A DNA stretch of 64,000 bases from Daphnia carinata (GCF_022539665.2 NC_081333.1:8246001-8310000), one strand, 5' to 3'. Positions 24,186 to 38,015 are shown, counted from the first letter of the stretch. Notes: generated by a model not told the origin, from the letters alone. Numbers and translations are program-made.

Positions 24186-27100
24186 ATGTTAACACCAACG
24201 TTGTACTTATTTATTATTTTTATAAGTCTCATAAATGTGGCGGTTAACCAGCTACCATTGCCATCACATATGGTAGCAACATCACCTGAGGTAAGTAATA
24301 CCATTCCACAAAGTATGCATTCTGAACTCGTAAAGACGTCTTTTTGGTATCAACCCTCCCAACATAAAGCCTCCCTTCGTGGAAATCCCTGGAATTAAAA
24401 GCAGTTACTTTGCTTTGATTGCAAGAGACACTTTATACCTGTTGGCTACCCGGCTTCAATTTTCGTAATTCTGGTTCCGTTCCTTTTTTTTTTTTTTTTT
24501 TTTTTATATTAAAAAGTATTCTATTCGTCTTGGTTAGACAGTTTGACGATAACGCACCCACCTGATTTCCTGTTCGGAGGTTACAAGAATGGCAAATGGG
24601 ACGGCATCATCGGACAACTGTTGCGAAAAGTATGGCGAATTTTAAGTTTGACAAGTGGAAACCCGGTAAACACCATTTGTTAAATGCTACTATTTTTTTA
24701 GGAGGCCGACTTAGGTGCAAGTTTGAATGCCATAACTTATGCACGATATACTGCAATTGACTTCAGTGTCCCGGTAATATACGACGTTACTGGTATTCTA
24801 ATTCCTTTTCCGGATGAATCTTCAAAAATCATGGCGGCGCTTCAGCCATTCAGTATAGAGGTAGTTTTCATCACACCATCATTCATTTATGGGCAGCTTG
24901 TGAACTTAATTCTTAAATAGGTATGGATAGCTTTCTTCTCCGCAACCTTCCTCATATGCTTAACTTTATCCGTGGAAGGGAAAATCCATTCAACCAGAAA
25001 AACGTTTGGAGACCACATTATGTGGGTTATTAGCATCATAACTAGTCAAGGTACTATTTTAAGGCAATTTAGAATAATACGAAAGCCAAGTCATGGAACA
25101 GGAGTAAGTCAATGAAGCTAAAAATAATGACATAGAGAATGATTGTTTTTAGTGCTTGTAAAAATGAAAGGAACATAGCATAACACAAATAGCATTTTTT
25201 ACACTTTAGCTTTGGCCTGTACAGGCAGATAGAGCTTAAACTCAGCAGGCAACTCATCTTCAGAATAGAGTCTGTCAGAGAAGTAGATGCGACGAATTCT
25301 GCAATTGGCATGAATTTGAATCCTCAGAGTTTCCACATAATTTGTCCCATAAGCCCGACGAGTGAAATCAGCCAAATTAAACTGAATCTGATTCCATCCT
25401 TCATCAAGCCGCATTGGCATTGTACATATGAAAGGCTTCACTCTTGTAGTTGACTGGTAGTTGCTTGCTCTGAATCTACGTCTAACATTTTTATCATCTA
25501 ATATCTAAAATTTTATAGTTTAATTTAATAGTTTCTATGAGATTAACGAAGATTAAGAATAACTAAGTCATGTGCTAACCTGAACTTCAAAGGTGAAATA
25601 TTTTTTCATGTTCTTGACAATCATAACAAGATAAGGAAGTTTTATTCCTAGAGTCTTTTTTGGATCAGCAGGGCATGTTATGTATGTCGTTGAAACATTG
25701 GTTCCAACGATTTCTAAGACAAGGGACTGCAGAGGAATATAGAGTTAATTTAATTTATTTTTTGTTGTTTAAAACTGTTATTTATTTCCATTAGAGAGAT
25801 TTTACCTGGATGTCGTTGTCAGTTATTCGCTTGATATGGCCATTGCGCACAATTTTGTCCCAAAGCTGCAAAGGCTTGCTGCCAATGCTATAAAGGACTG
25901 AAAGAAATCCACTTTGAAAAGTGTTTTTAAACATTTTTTTTTTTAGGTTCTATCGGGGACTTGGAAAGACGCTTGTAATTCGCTGAGATTTAAGAAGAAC
26001 CAATTCGAGTATTGTTTGTGTTCAATATTCTAAGGTTGTCACAGTAACACGGCGATGCCGGATTGTTGAATTTTCTTCGCAATCTTGTGGTTGTTGAGCT
26101 GGAGCTGGGGAATTAGAAAATAGAAATAGGAGAATGCGAAAATTGGCCTGTATAGAGTTTTGCCCTTTAGGTCGTTAACAACCGTGTGTCGTTTACTAAA
26201 ATCGTGTAGACTACTTGCTTCTGCTATCTTATTGCTTCGACCTTAAATATTTGAAAAAAAAAAATTATTCTACAGGTATGTAAGTACTTAAACTGTAAGT
26301 ACTATTGCAGAAAAATGTGGCGGTTTTCCTCGTTTTGTTTGTCGTACCTGACCCATTTTTCTGCAACCTCCTGTACATTTGCAATGCTGTAACTGTAATT
26401 TTTACTAAAATTATGGAGGGCTGCTTGTTAAATCTGGCTTTTATTTTCATCTAATTTTGAACTATTTCTACCGTCGTTTTTATGCAAGGATTTGGACATT
26501 GTGAAAACCGATTAGCCTTGCGCCTAACAGGTAAACAACTTACAGATAATCATATAGAACTTAAGAATTTGTAAGCTTTACGAAGTATTTGTGGCTTTCT
26601 TAGGAGCCACCTGGAGTTTAACAAACGTAGTGTTCATCTACGTATATACAGGAGTGTTGACATCCCTGCTGGCCGTCCCCAACTACATTCCAATTATTAA
26701 CACTTTAGACGAGCTAGCTACAAGTTCAGTTATCAAGCCTGTGACGATAAGGAGCACCGCTGTCGACGATATGATGCTGGTTTCAAATTGAATTATACAT
26801 TTTAACAAATACGAAAATTCTTTCTAAATGATTAACAGTCTGCTATCGTTATAGAATGCCAAAAATGGAACGTATAAACTAATCGGCGATACCTTCCGGA
26901 AATATCCAAACGAAACCTTGGTAGCAAATACACTTGTTGGTGTGAACAGAGCAGTTGAAGGGGGTTATGGATTCTTAGAGGTATCGTGCCTACAAGTTTT
27001 TTTAAATCCCTGCCATAGTAATCTCGTCATCTTTTAATAGCCAAGAACTTCGCTTCTATCGCTAATGGAGAATGACCGAAAGGAACATAAAGTTTGCCGA

Positions 27101-27474
27101 GTTACTTTGGCCAAGCAGACATTTTACCCTAGAGCTTTTGCATACCTTCTCCCAAAAAAAAGCCCCTTCAAGGATGCATTTGATCGACAGTAACTAAAAA
27201 CATTGCAATTTACATTCAGTTTTCAAATTTTGTGGTTTTTTTATGAAGGATATTGCTGTTACAACAATTTGGATTTATCATTCACTTTCAAAGGAAAATT
27301 GTCTTGCAAAGTAATCGTTGCCTACTGCAAAAAAAGAAAGTTCGAAGTCGAGCACCGAGATTTACTTTGGATCATGTCAGTAGTTCATTCGTCATTCTTT
27401 TTGTCGGATACGCTGCATCCTTCTGTAGTTTTGTCCTCGAAAACATCCGAAATGCTTTCGACTACGATTGGTAG
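24186..27474 (+). CDS. Divergent ionotropic receptor (IR, variant iGluR family) lacking an ATD, multi-exon
   Basis: S1 lobe PPF...[28 protein letters not shown]...[23 protein letters not shown] (M1); IITSQG (pore); LRLTGATWSL...[12 protein letters not shown] (M2); [14 protein letters not shown]; final [18 protein letters not shown]...VLE. Confidence 0.88.
25199..25934 (-). CDS. CFAP20: Cilia- and flagella-associated protein 20 (Bug22), three coding exons, nested in an IR intron
   Basis: [26 protein letters not shown]...[37 protein letters not shown]...[28 protein letters not shown]. Confidence 0.97.
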
Positions 27475-28060
27475 AAAGATGTACCACTCAGTCGAACAGA
27501 AAAAGGATGTAGGACTTTCTACATGTAGTCCACCCAGCCTTGCATAGAAGTGGGAAATAAACAAATATTGAGCGCAAGAAAAGAAAAACTTCTTTTCTTT
27601 AACACGCAAGCGCTGCACACGATGAAATCCCCGACAGCATGGATCACTTTTCGTAGCTACCCTCACATACCTTTTATTTTGCTGAGGGTGAACTGTTCAG
27701 TTTTTAGTCTCTCCCATGATGTCGTGTTCTGCGATACTTACTGCTTTCGCACAGCAGGTTTCCAGACCAAAAACACCGCCAACCGAAACAATAGGTAAAA
27801 TCGATTGAATTTCCCCTTTAAACTGGTTATTGTCGTGTAGTATTGCATAAAAAATCCTGTCTACATCTTAGCAGCAAAGGAATTATGATGTAACAAAAGA
27901 AGCATGTCTCTAGCAGTCCCGAAAGGGTCGATACTTCACGTACTTGGCTGTACCAGCCAAAAGGAATTTTCTCTACTCTATAAAAACCAAGGAAAAATGG
28001 GGCGGAGTTTTGTGTGTCCGCCGCATTGTGCATTTGCTGTGGCTCCAAATGGCACAATAA

Positions 28061-28232
28061 AAAAATCGACCTGTAGTACCGTTCACTACATTGAAGATCA
28101 TCCCACAAAGTCAGGTAGAGAAGAGGTAATCGTAGCTCGTAGGTTGTTGGTAAGTCTACCCATGGCCACTAGGTTTCATGGATGCAGGCAGCTAATCATC
28201 GAGGTATGTGACCCTCTTCGATACCGTTTTTT
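28061..28232. repeat. Dispersed structured repeat, copy 2 (paralogue of 7121-7301)
   Basis: Colinear similarity to 7121-7301 with the same hairpin order. Confidence 0.85.
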
Positions 28233-29394
28233 GTTTTCCTATAATCGTAGTGCGACTAGCAGGTTAATAGGTAGGCAGGCTAGTGACTGCCATAATAGGG
28301 TAAGACGTAACCCCAAAGATGGATGCTCTGCAAAACGTAATGCAAGGCTATGCAACATTGGCTTTGCTGCTTCTAATGAGGGATACAGTATTGTTCCTCT
28401 TTAATACTTATGCCTTTCCATAATACCTGTGACAAAAATGCCCAATTTACGAAATGACAAGGCCGTGTTAATTCTTTTTCATTACCTTTTGTTTTTCACA
28501 CACAAGTTAACTTGGAGAGTGACATCCTCAGCGTGGCAGCCTTGGCGAATGCTTATGCTACTTGTCACAACGTTCAAGACCTGCTGTACTTTCGGGGTTT
28601 TTCATCTAAGCCAGTTCATGTAAAGCGCGGGAAAAAAGGAGCAAAGCCAAGAACAAAAAAGAAAGGTTCTTGATGATAATAAGAAGTCAACCAGCCATCG
28701 AACAGCAAACGTTTCCTGAATATCAAAGAAAAGTGTTGCCCGATAAAGCTGACGATTAGTGGGTCTGGTGCTTCTTTCTCAAAAAACATTTGTGACTCTC
28801 GACTCTAAAATTGTATCTCATTCGCCATTTTTACTTCCACCATTTGGTCTGTATTTATCATATATTTAGCCATCAACGAACTCAAAATAATAATAAATTC
28901 AAATTTTAAAATATGAATGTACAAGTTAAGATAAATCGGTAATTAAAATGTAAAAGAAAGACAACGAAAATGAAAATTGCAACGTTGTGTCATACAAATG
29001 TCAGCGATGAGTATTGAAAACCGGTACTCTGTAGGTGAGCGCGCCAGTCGTTTCCCAACAGGCATTGAGAGCAGACGTATTCGTCAGTGATTTTTGCAAA
29101 CAACCTTGCTGTGCTAAATGCGAGTGATATCTTGCCAAGTAAATATTCTGTTTTACTAACCCTAAGTTAAGTTCAGGTTGTGGGAGATAATATAAAACAG
29201 TGTTTTATGATCAAGATTCGTGCTCGAAAAGTAGTCGTATTCTGGGACACCCAACTTATTGCTCGTTGAAAAACGTAAACTGCACAAAACCGATAGCATA
29301 CAAAAATGTACAGGGGTAAATAAGATCATACTGTCCTTGGCATTTCTTGGTTTTGGTACTCTGTATTGCTCAAGAATGTAAAGTATATATTGTC

Positions 29395-31185
29395 TTAAAG
29401 AATTTCAAGGGCAACAGCTTTGATTCCATTCCACGTTTCGATGGCTGTTTCCATGATTTGTGAAGCAGGCAACTGGAAACCGAATTCTCCAGTATCACGC
29501 AATTCGAGAAGATAGGCATATAAAATACCCTCTGCAGAGTAAGCATGATCTACTGTAGTTCCTGATGCAATATCTATAATAGACACATCGTAGTTAGTAA
29601 AACGTATAATTTTAGATTCGTCAAAAGATGGCAGGAAAGTAAAAAAAAAAAAAAAAAAGGTTACATACAAATTGTGTCGGCGTGATTTCCATATTGGTAT
29701 TGAGTACCGTAAGTGTTTTGAAGAGCTTGAACTCCAATAGCCATTACGCGCAACTACGTTTAGTTGCAGAATTAGAGTTATTGCCTATGTGACATTTAAA
29801 ATCGATTACCATTTCGTCGTATTCGAGGGGAAGATCATGAGTATAGGCATAAGGTGACATCCACTACACACCCATTGTAAGATCCATTCGTAGAATCCGA
29901 AAATTTCAAAATTAAAGACAGGTTATTAAATCGTTTCAAAAGAATTGTCTCGTAAATTCCACCCACAAGTTGAGAATACGTGTGAATAGAAATTGCTGCT
30001 TTGACTCGAGGGCGATTAGCTATCAACACATCTCTGACTGCACTCGACTCTTCCTCGGAGAAACTGTAGGGTCCGTGATACGTATCGACACAGGCTATGT
30101 CAGATGCGCCAAGCCCTCCAAAATTCGTGTCAAAATTCCGATTGATATCCACACCATAGCAAGTACTGCTGGGCTTGCGATTCTTTCGCCACAAGCGATC
30201 CTGTTGGAATGGAATGATTGGCCCATAAATTGGTGAATAACTTTGCGTCCGTTATTCTTTGTAGTACATACAGTTGTCCAAGAATACGTGTATCCATCAG
30301 GATTAGTAACAGGAGTAATTTTCCAGTCGAATCCATCAACCAATTGGGTAATTTCGCTATCAATTCCGTATTTGGTAGCTAACTACAAATATTAATATTT
30401 GGACATTACAGCTAAAATAAAAACAGTTATAAAGAAATTATTTTACTTCATTGATAAACCAAAGGCAAGTAGAAGGGGCAGCCCATTCTCGGGCGTGAAC
30501 GGCGCATTCGAATACGATTACTTGTTTGTCTGGATTGCTTCCAGTGCTAATGGTGGCCATAGTCAAACTACGGTTCTCGAAAGTCGTGCCAATAGATGAT
30601 ACGGAAACAAGTGAATTTTCCAAAGCTAATTGTTCCATGTACGCGACAATCTAGGGCAACGAATTTGTTTTTCTTTATCTTTTGCCTCTAGGGGTGGGGT
30701 GGGGTGGGGGGAACGTATCTTTACCTCCTCGTATGTATGGTAATTTTCAAAATCGAAAGCCTTTTGATTTTTGGCCAACTCACGACGAAGTTCAATAGTT
30801 TGGCGTTCTTCCTTTTCAGCTTTGCCAATGTCGTCGACTTTGATGTGGTGCTGTATTCCGGCGGAGTTCAGCGAACGCGCCAAACTTTCATATTTTCCAG
30901 GAGTGACGTGTATATCAACCGGCTTGCCTACTCGGTATGGGTCCGTCCAGAAATCCAGGGTTTCATCTGAAGACTGTAAATGACGTAAGTAGCTCAATTG
31001 TACGACATTAGCTGCCCGAGCACGAACCACCTTATGGCTTAAATTGTAACGTATTAAAAAAATTAAGAAACTTTCCTTAAACTTTAGTATTTCGCTTACC
31101 CGCTATAATCGACCCTTTCGCCTAAAGAGGATGAAAAGTTTAAGAGAAAGATGGTAGCAATACCTACGTAGTAGTAAAACCTCAT
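29395..31185 (-). CDS. Zinc carboxypeptidase, M14A (A/B type) preproenzyme, multi-exon
   Basis: Signal and propeptide, HAREW, NPDGY, WRKNR, GVDINRNF, SIHTY and LLELRDTGEFGFQLP. The specificity segment is SGTTVDHAY. Confidence 0.93.
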
Positions 31186-31568
31186 TTTCCTACAGCCTGT
31201 CAACGTGTTGCAACTTGAACAACAACTGAGTAACAATCATTTCAAAAGGGCAGATCAAATCCGTATCGATATTGTTGTTGTTTGTTTACACCCGTCACTA
31301 AACATATCGATAATGCCCTGACATAAAACAAGATAGCTTACAACAAGATATCTATCCTGTGCACACATTAAGGGTTTTACCGTTAGAGACGTATTCAACT
31401 AACCTTCGAGATTAAAATAAAGTTTTTTTTTATTTTTGTTATTAATCGTGTACTTTGCCATTGCATGGTCAACAACTTATCGAATTTTTTAAAAATCCAT
31501 AGTTACACAATTCGAGGCGAAACTGAAGACCATTTGACGTCATTGACCCACCATTCACTTGTCTATCC

Positions 31569-34011
31569 TTACATGTCTTCATTTGAGGCTTGCGTCAGAT
31601 TATCATCATCTTTTTGTTCGCTGGGCGGTAATTTCCTCTTGAAAAAGCCAAGCTATCAAATGATTTTAGAATTGATTATTTAATAGATCTTGAGTAATTT
31701 TTAAAATATTACCTTGTATAAAACTCCAGTAATAATAGAAAGAATTAGAACGGCTCCCAAAGCACTGACCAAGTAGATCCACCAAGGAGTTGCATCGGCA
31801 AAGGAGGCTGTTTTACCAGAAACCATAAAGACAAGTGAGTTGTTTGAAACGATTTTATCAAAGTCTCCTGCAAACATTGGCAACAGTTGATTGGGTTCTG
31901 GTATTTTAGTAGTAAGCTCGATAGTCATTCTTGCTTGCGCGGTAGAAGCTACGTCCTGGACGTTAGGTGTAACATAGAATGTTTTACTAAGGCACTTCTT
32001 CACTCCCGCTTTATAAATTATATTTTGAGTAAGTTGTTCTTGATTATTTTCATAGAAAAATATCCGACGATTGCCCTTTTCAGCGTTGGAGTCCAATAAT
32101 ATTGAAACGCGGAGTTCCACTTGGTTCGCAACGCTCAAACCGGAGTATGTTATGCAGAAGCTGATATCATCGCATGCCACAGGTATCTTTGTTACGCCGT
32201 CAGAAGAATTAGTAATGGAACATTGACTGTTTTTTTCTAGATTGATTTTGTCGGAGACGAAATTTAGTTTGCTAGTAATTTTGGCTATTGGACGGGCTGG
32301 GATGTAAGCCACAGCAGCAGATTCGAAGCCACCGACGACCACATCGCTGTATCTATTACCATCAAAATCTCCACCAGTTATGGCAAATCCAAACGTCTGT
32401 ATAGGTGGGTTAAATGCATTTCCGAAAATAACCTGACTAGGACGATCTCTAAGGCCATTATTTGTTCCATAGTAAATGTAAACCGTTCCAAATCCTTCAT
32501 TCTCGTACGGTGCTCCAATTGCCACGTCATTGTACCCATCAGCATCCGTATCGCCAATACCAGCTACAGAATACCCAAATCTACCACCAGGTACTTGTCC
32601 TTTGAGTTCTTGAGAGCTATTTTGTTTATAGGTGTTTTCCGGTGTTTGGTAGTAAATGTAGACCGCGCCAACTTCAACTTTAGCATCGGTACTTTCATAA
32701 TCTGTGTAGTGGGGGGCGCCGACAATAATGTCATCCCGTTCATCACCGTTAATATCCGATACGGCTAGAGAAGCTCCGAAGTGTTCACCCGGCTGAGAAC
32801 CTAGTAGACTTGCCAACTCTTCTTTAGTTTCCTTCTCCAGTAAGTACACCTACAAGATAAGAAAGCTTTTGTATAGGGATTGGGTTTTCATGAGAAACCA
32901 AAAGTTCTTCATAATTTTTTTTTCCTTCTTAAAAGGGTCTACCTTTCCAGCGAAAGAAGAAGCAATATGGAAAGCAACCGATAGGAGTAAGAATTCTCCC
33001 TGTTCAAATTGTTTTATTCCGAAGATGCCTGACGCCATTGCGTAGCCCAAGTACCATTGATCTAACTTGGGGTAAAGAGCGGGGAATATCAAACTCAAAG
33101 AAGTTGAGGGTTTGTCCTGGCGGTAGCAAGTAGGCCCTCCAAGAAAAGGCTTTCGAGGAGCCTTTGCGCCCTGCAACAGAGAAAGATGTCATTAGTGTTA
33201 TCTTAGTAAAATCTGTTAGGTAGGGAAAATGTCTTGACACACTGGCGAGTAGGCGGCTGAAAATCCCGACAAACAAACACCTTTTTTTTTTTAAATAAAA
33301 TTTTTTTTTAGTTAAGTCAAACACCGATTGCGAATATGATGGTAATTTTTGACGTGTTCTTACGTCGAGGGTAAGGAAGCTGAATTTTGGAAAACGAACT
33401 GAGGTTATTTTCACTGGAGTAGCAATCCCCCTCAGTTTGCGGGCCGGCACGGGGGGAACAGACCTACGAAATTTGATTGATCAGTGTCAGATGCTAAATG
33501 TTAAGTAATAGAAAGCCTAACTATAACAAATCCTCCATTGCTAACGACCGTAGCACCAAGCCATCCATTTCTTGGTATGACATAGGCATTACCTGCATCC
33601 ATAAAGACAAAGAATAGTATCAGTTGTCCCTGTTGTTTATAGTGCATGTTGTCTGACTTACGATTGCGTGCCATGAGTTCCACTTTGTCACAACTGAATC
33701 CAGCTTCAGCGTGAAGCGTTCTACACTTGTAAAGCGCTCCCTCAAAGGAATTTTCACCGGGTGATCCAACTAGCCATCTGGAGAGCGATAATTGAAAAGC
33801 AAACGAAACACAGCAAAGGACTTAAGGAAGAAACCTACTCCGTCGCTGTTTCGTTTGGTTGATAGACATTCAAACTATAACCAAAATAAGATTTCGGTAG
33901 ACTTCTAAAGATTCTCTCCGGCCGAACGTCCAAATTCCATGTCCAAACTGTGCTTGGAGCTGCAAGTAAGAAAATAATAAAAAGAACACTGATATCCATG
34001 CGGAGAACCAT
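31569..34011 (-). CDS. Integrin alpha, short form (propeller + thigh + TM, no genu or calf domains), multi-exon
   Basis: Signal peptide, WNLD, FGYS, FG-GAP repeats with Ca loops (DINGDERDD, DTDADGYND, DFDGNRYSD), ARP thigh start, TM PWWIYL...LYK and tail LGFFKRK...EDM*. Confidence 0.88.
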
Positions 34012-34381
34012 CCTTTTGACACGAGATTGTTTCGGAATCAGTTAGGCTTCAGTAACGTTCACCAAAATACTGTACAAATCTTACGCCAAAGTATGTTTGC
34101 ACAACCATACGGGATGTGTCATGTGGTCGTTGACAATATTGTCGGTCGACGGTTCCAGTTTCATTTTGTTTTTACCGCAGTGACAAGTAGTGTTAAGACA
34201 TACGCTTTATCTGGGATTGCAAAACGATAGAAAAGGAAATGAGTTGCACCCACATGCCTTGTCAAAAGTGATACTTTTGACTTACTTTTCTGGATCATGT
34301 TTGTCTTTTAAACAAATATTAAAAAATAACATATTTTCGTTTGTTTCACTCGTTTATTCAGGGTTGCATGTCCAAATCCAT

Positions 34382-37300
34382 CTACGAAGATTCTTCGTCT
34401 ACCATGTTGTCGATTTCGGACATTGGCCGTCTGGGATTTTCACCCGTTTCTTGCAAAGGTTGGCTTTCAGGGCCGGACGCCAGAGTGGCTGTCAGTGGCA
34501 TTGGGCGATTCCTTTTAAAAATTCCAAACTAAGAAAGCCAAAGTGAAGAAAGGCGATGGGTAAGTCCCGTTTTTCATTTACTCTTTTTTTTTTTTTTTTT
34601 AAAGAAAAATCCTTACGTGATGTAGAACTCCGGTTATAATAGCCACAATTAACACAGCAACAATTGCACTGATAAATGGGACCCACCAAGGCATAGCTTT
34701 TAGGACGTTTAGTTCTTTTGTGATTTTTGTTACATCAACCAAGACTTCCGTTTTAACAATCGGAAGTTGCGACACGTCTTGTCCGTAAGGCAAACCAGTT
34801 ATATTGGCTGTCACCACCGTGCGTAAGGTGAAAATATCAGTATTCAGTTGCTAAAGTAAAGTGACAAATAATGGAACATTAGTCTGATGAACGTGGGGCA
34901 ATTGTTTCGTGGTTGTATACTTTAAGCAGGGCTTCTGAAGACAGCCGACTATTAAGTCGAATAACAACTCGCTCGCGATTCGTCATTTTCTCCGTGACAC
35001 AGTCAATGTTTATGACTCCAACGTTAGGGTTAGGTTTGAGTTGAACAGGATCGCAATGGGCTTTTCCTTCGGTCACGTTTGGCTGAGCTGTTAATTCGCT
35101 TATGGCGTATCCCTCTAGTGTGTGCGTGGGTATGACGATTCGAAATTTGGCATGGGTAACGTCTGAAGGACCAACATTTTGCACTTCGTAAAATTGTGCA
35201 TAGTGCGGCAGTGCTGTATCTTCGTTCATCTTTAGAGCCGTCATATTAACAACTAACGCTTCTGGTCGCGACCAACTGCCAACAAATTTTCAATGATCTA
35301 ATTTTTATAACTAAATGAATTTTGTTTTTACCCCCTGAGTGCCAGTTTAGTTTCAGCCTTGAAAGTTAACTTTAGCAGTTCGCTGTTATCGTTCTTCGTG
35401 TTGTCGTTTTCTGCGTTTGTGCTGTTTGTCTCCGCAAGGAAGGAAACAAAGGCGTCATCTCCGGGAGTGGGTCGCAATATTACACGTAACCGGGCGGTTT
35501 TGTTACTGGGCAGCGGATTCCCCACCTCGCATCGCAAAGCAAGGCCGTTAATTTCACCAGGAGGGAAGCATAGGACTGATTGATCAGTATATTCTTTATC
35601 CGTGTTGATGAAACCGAGCGACGACGGTAAATGAAGGTAGAAATCGGCACCGAAAGCATCCTCACCGTTGTTGTAGATTACCACATCGATAGTCCAGCGT
35701 TCATCTGATCCTTGAATATACGTTTCGCTGGTCCTTTGGTTCGTAAAGGAAAATTTACATTTAGCGCTTTTCCTCCAGTGCATTTTTTTTTTACCACTTA
35801 CATGATAGCTTCCATTTGCAAATCAGGAATACAAATAGAATCCGGTCCACAATTTATGAGTATACTCAGAGAATTGGAGCTGAATCCTTTGCCTTCATAA
35901 ATATCCAGAATAGCCGAAAGTGGTTCCGGAGTTTCAACCAAAGTAGCCACTAAAGTGACTTCCATTTTTGAGAGTTTGTCACGAATATCTGGCCGAACGT
36001 ATACCATTTCTTCCTGACAAAGCTGCGTTTTCTCAGTTAAACCGATAATTTGCGTCAACTGATTATTGTTAGTTTTCATGAAGAGTAAACGATTTGCTTT
36101 CGGCTGTGTAACGTCCAACGTAATGGTGATATTTGTATTGATGTTGCTGGGAACGCGTGTGCCGCCGTAAACTAAACAATATTGTAGTTTCGCGCAAGAC
36201 ACTGCTACAGGTGAGCTATCAGTTGTCGCTGATAGAACTTGACATTCTTTCTTTTCTAGCGTAATAAATGTCGGAGCGAAACTAATTTTACTTTTCACTT
36301 TTACTACCGGTCGAGCAGGGAGGTGAACGACTATGTCAGACAGATAGGCACCAGCTATTAAATCACTATAGGCATTTCGATCAAAATCATTACCACCCGT
36401 AATAAAAGAAAAACCAAATGAGCGAATTGGCGGATTAAAAGAATGTCCGTAGATGACTTGTCCTGGTGGATTTTGGAGACCAAGCTGCGATCCGTGATAA
36501 ATGTAAACTGCCCCTGACCCATCGTTCTCATACGGAGCCCCAACGGCCAAATCTTTAAATCCGTCCCCGTTCGTGTCGCCCAGCTCGGCCATTGCGAATC
36601 CAAATTGCGCGCCAGTTTTTTCTCCTTTTAGATGATGAAACTCATTTGGCGATCCTCTTTTGTAAAGTCCTTCCGATGTTTGATAGTACACGTAGACAGC
36701 ACCGACGTCAAATTTAATTTCCGAATTTCCGTAATCCGTGTGATGAGGAGCTCCGATGAAGATATCATCGCGCCCGTCGGCATTTATATCGAATACGGCC
36801 AGCGATGCTCCAAAATGTTCACCGGATTGATATCCGATTAAACTGCCAATCGGTTGAAGCCCAGCAAGAGAGTCTATAAGCACTACCTAAAAAAAATTGT
36901 ACCAATTGGGCATATTACTTTTGTGATATTTTGCACGCTACACGTTATTACTTTTCCAGAAAAATTTGAATTTTGATGAAATCCTATTGATACCACGAGC
37001 CCTTCGCGTTTATTACTTAATACATTCCCTGCAGCAATTGCGTAAGAATAAAAGGCAAGGTCTCCGCTTAGTAAATCAGGGTTGGATTCATCGGGACCAG
37101 TAGATGCAATCAATCGACCTACGGCAATACATTGATGTAAACAGTCGAAAATGTTAACTTGCAAGCAACAGATACCAGCGTTCAATTCGCAGCTTGGCCC
37201 ACCAGTGTAAAATCGCTTTCCATCCTGATTTATTAATAATATATTAGAGCATGCCTTCGCATTTGGCCTAGTTATTAAGTACTTACCGACGATAAGGTAG

Positions 37301-38015
37301 CCGAGAAACCCACTTCACAAAAAGCTGATAAACGACGCAACGTTGATATACGCTTATTTTCGAAACTAAAAATAAAGTGTGAATACGTTACCCTCATTCC
37401 AAGGCATATAAGAAGTAAAGGAAGGCAGATTTTCTTGACCGTAAAAGCATTGCCCCGCCACTTTTTCTCCAGTTCGCGGCGCGCATACCTATGGTGAAAT
37501 AAGGAGAGTAAATAAAATCCTTTTTCATTCAGTTCTCAATTGAGCATATACCATAGCTGTTCCGTTTCTGCTAACTACAGAGGCACCAAGCCATTGATCA
37601 GCTGCTTCTATATCTAAGTAAAGTCCCACATTTTTCCAAATGGACGAATTACACTAAAGTATCGACAAAAATTTACCTGGGGGAAAGGTTTTTACTCGCT
37701 TGCAGCTTATAGCCCCTTCCTGTTGTTGGCACTGATGCAGAGCACCCGACACTTCTGAACTAAGAGTAAGTTCTTTTGGCGCCCCAACAAGTAACCTTAC
37801 GAAACGGGTCCGTGATTTCTGGTTAAAGAAATTTCTTTTGTTTGTTTTTTTTCATACCATTTATCAGCATTGTGCTCGTGGACGGCCAGGCTGTATCCGA
37901 AATAGGAATTTTGTGTTCCAGATGCTTTTAATGGGAACTTAACATCTAGATTGAAGCCATTCGCGCAGATCGCTATGGAAATTAAGACTGCCACTAATCG
38001 TATGCAACGACGCAT
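34382..38015 (-). CDS. Integrin alpha, full-length (propeller, thigh, genu, calf-1/2, TM), multi-exon
   Basis: FNLD start, FG-GAP repeats, genu NCGPDSICIPDL, calf-1 (NNGEDAF, CEVGNPL), calf-2 (YEVQNVGPS), TM PWWVPF and tail FGIFKRNRP. Confidence 0.92.

Noticed and set aside
27904..28404. 166-aa ORF overlapping repeat copy 2, with a peptide GREEVIV.RRL.VSLP also readable in copy 1
   Set aside because: Copy 1 has stops and indels in this frame. The similarity is explained by nucleotide homology and no domain is recognisable.
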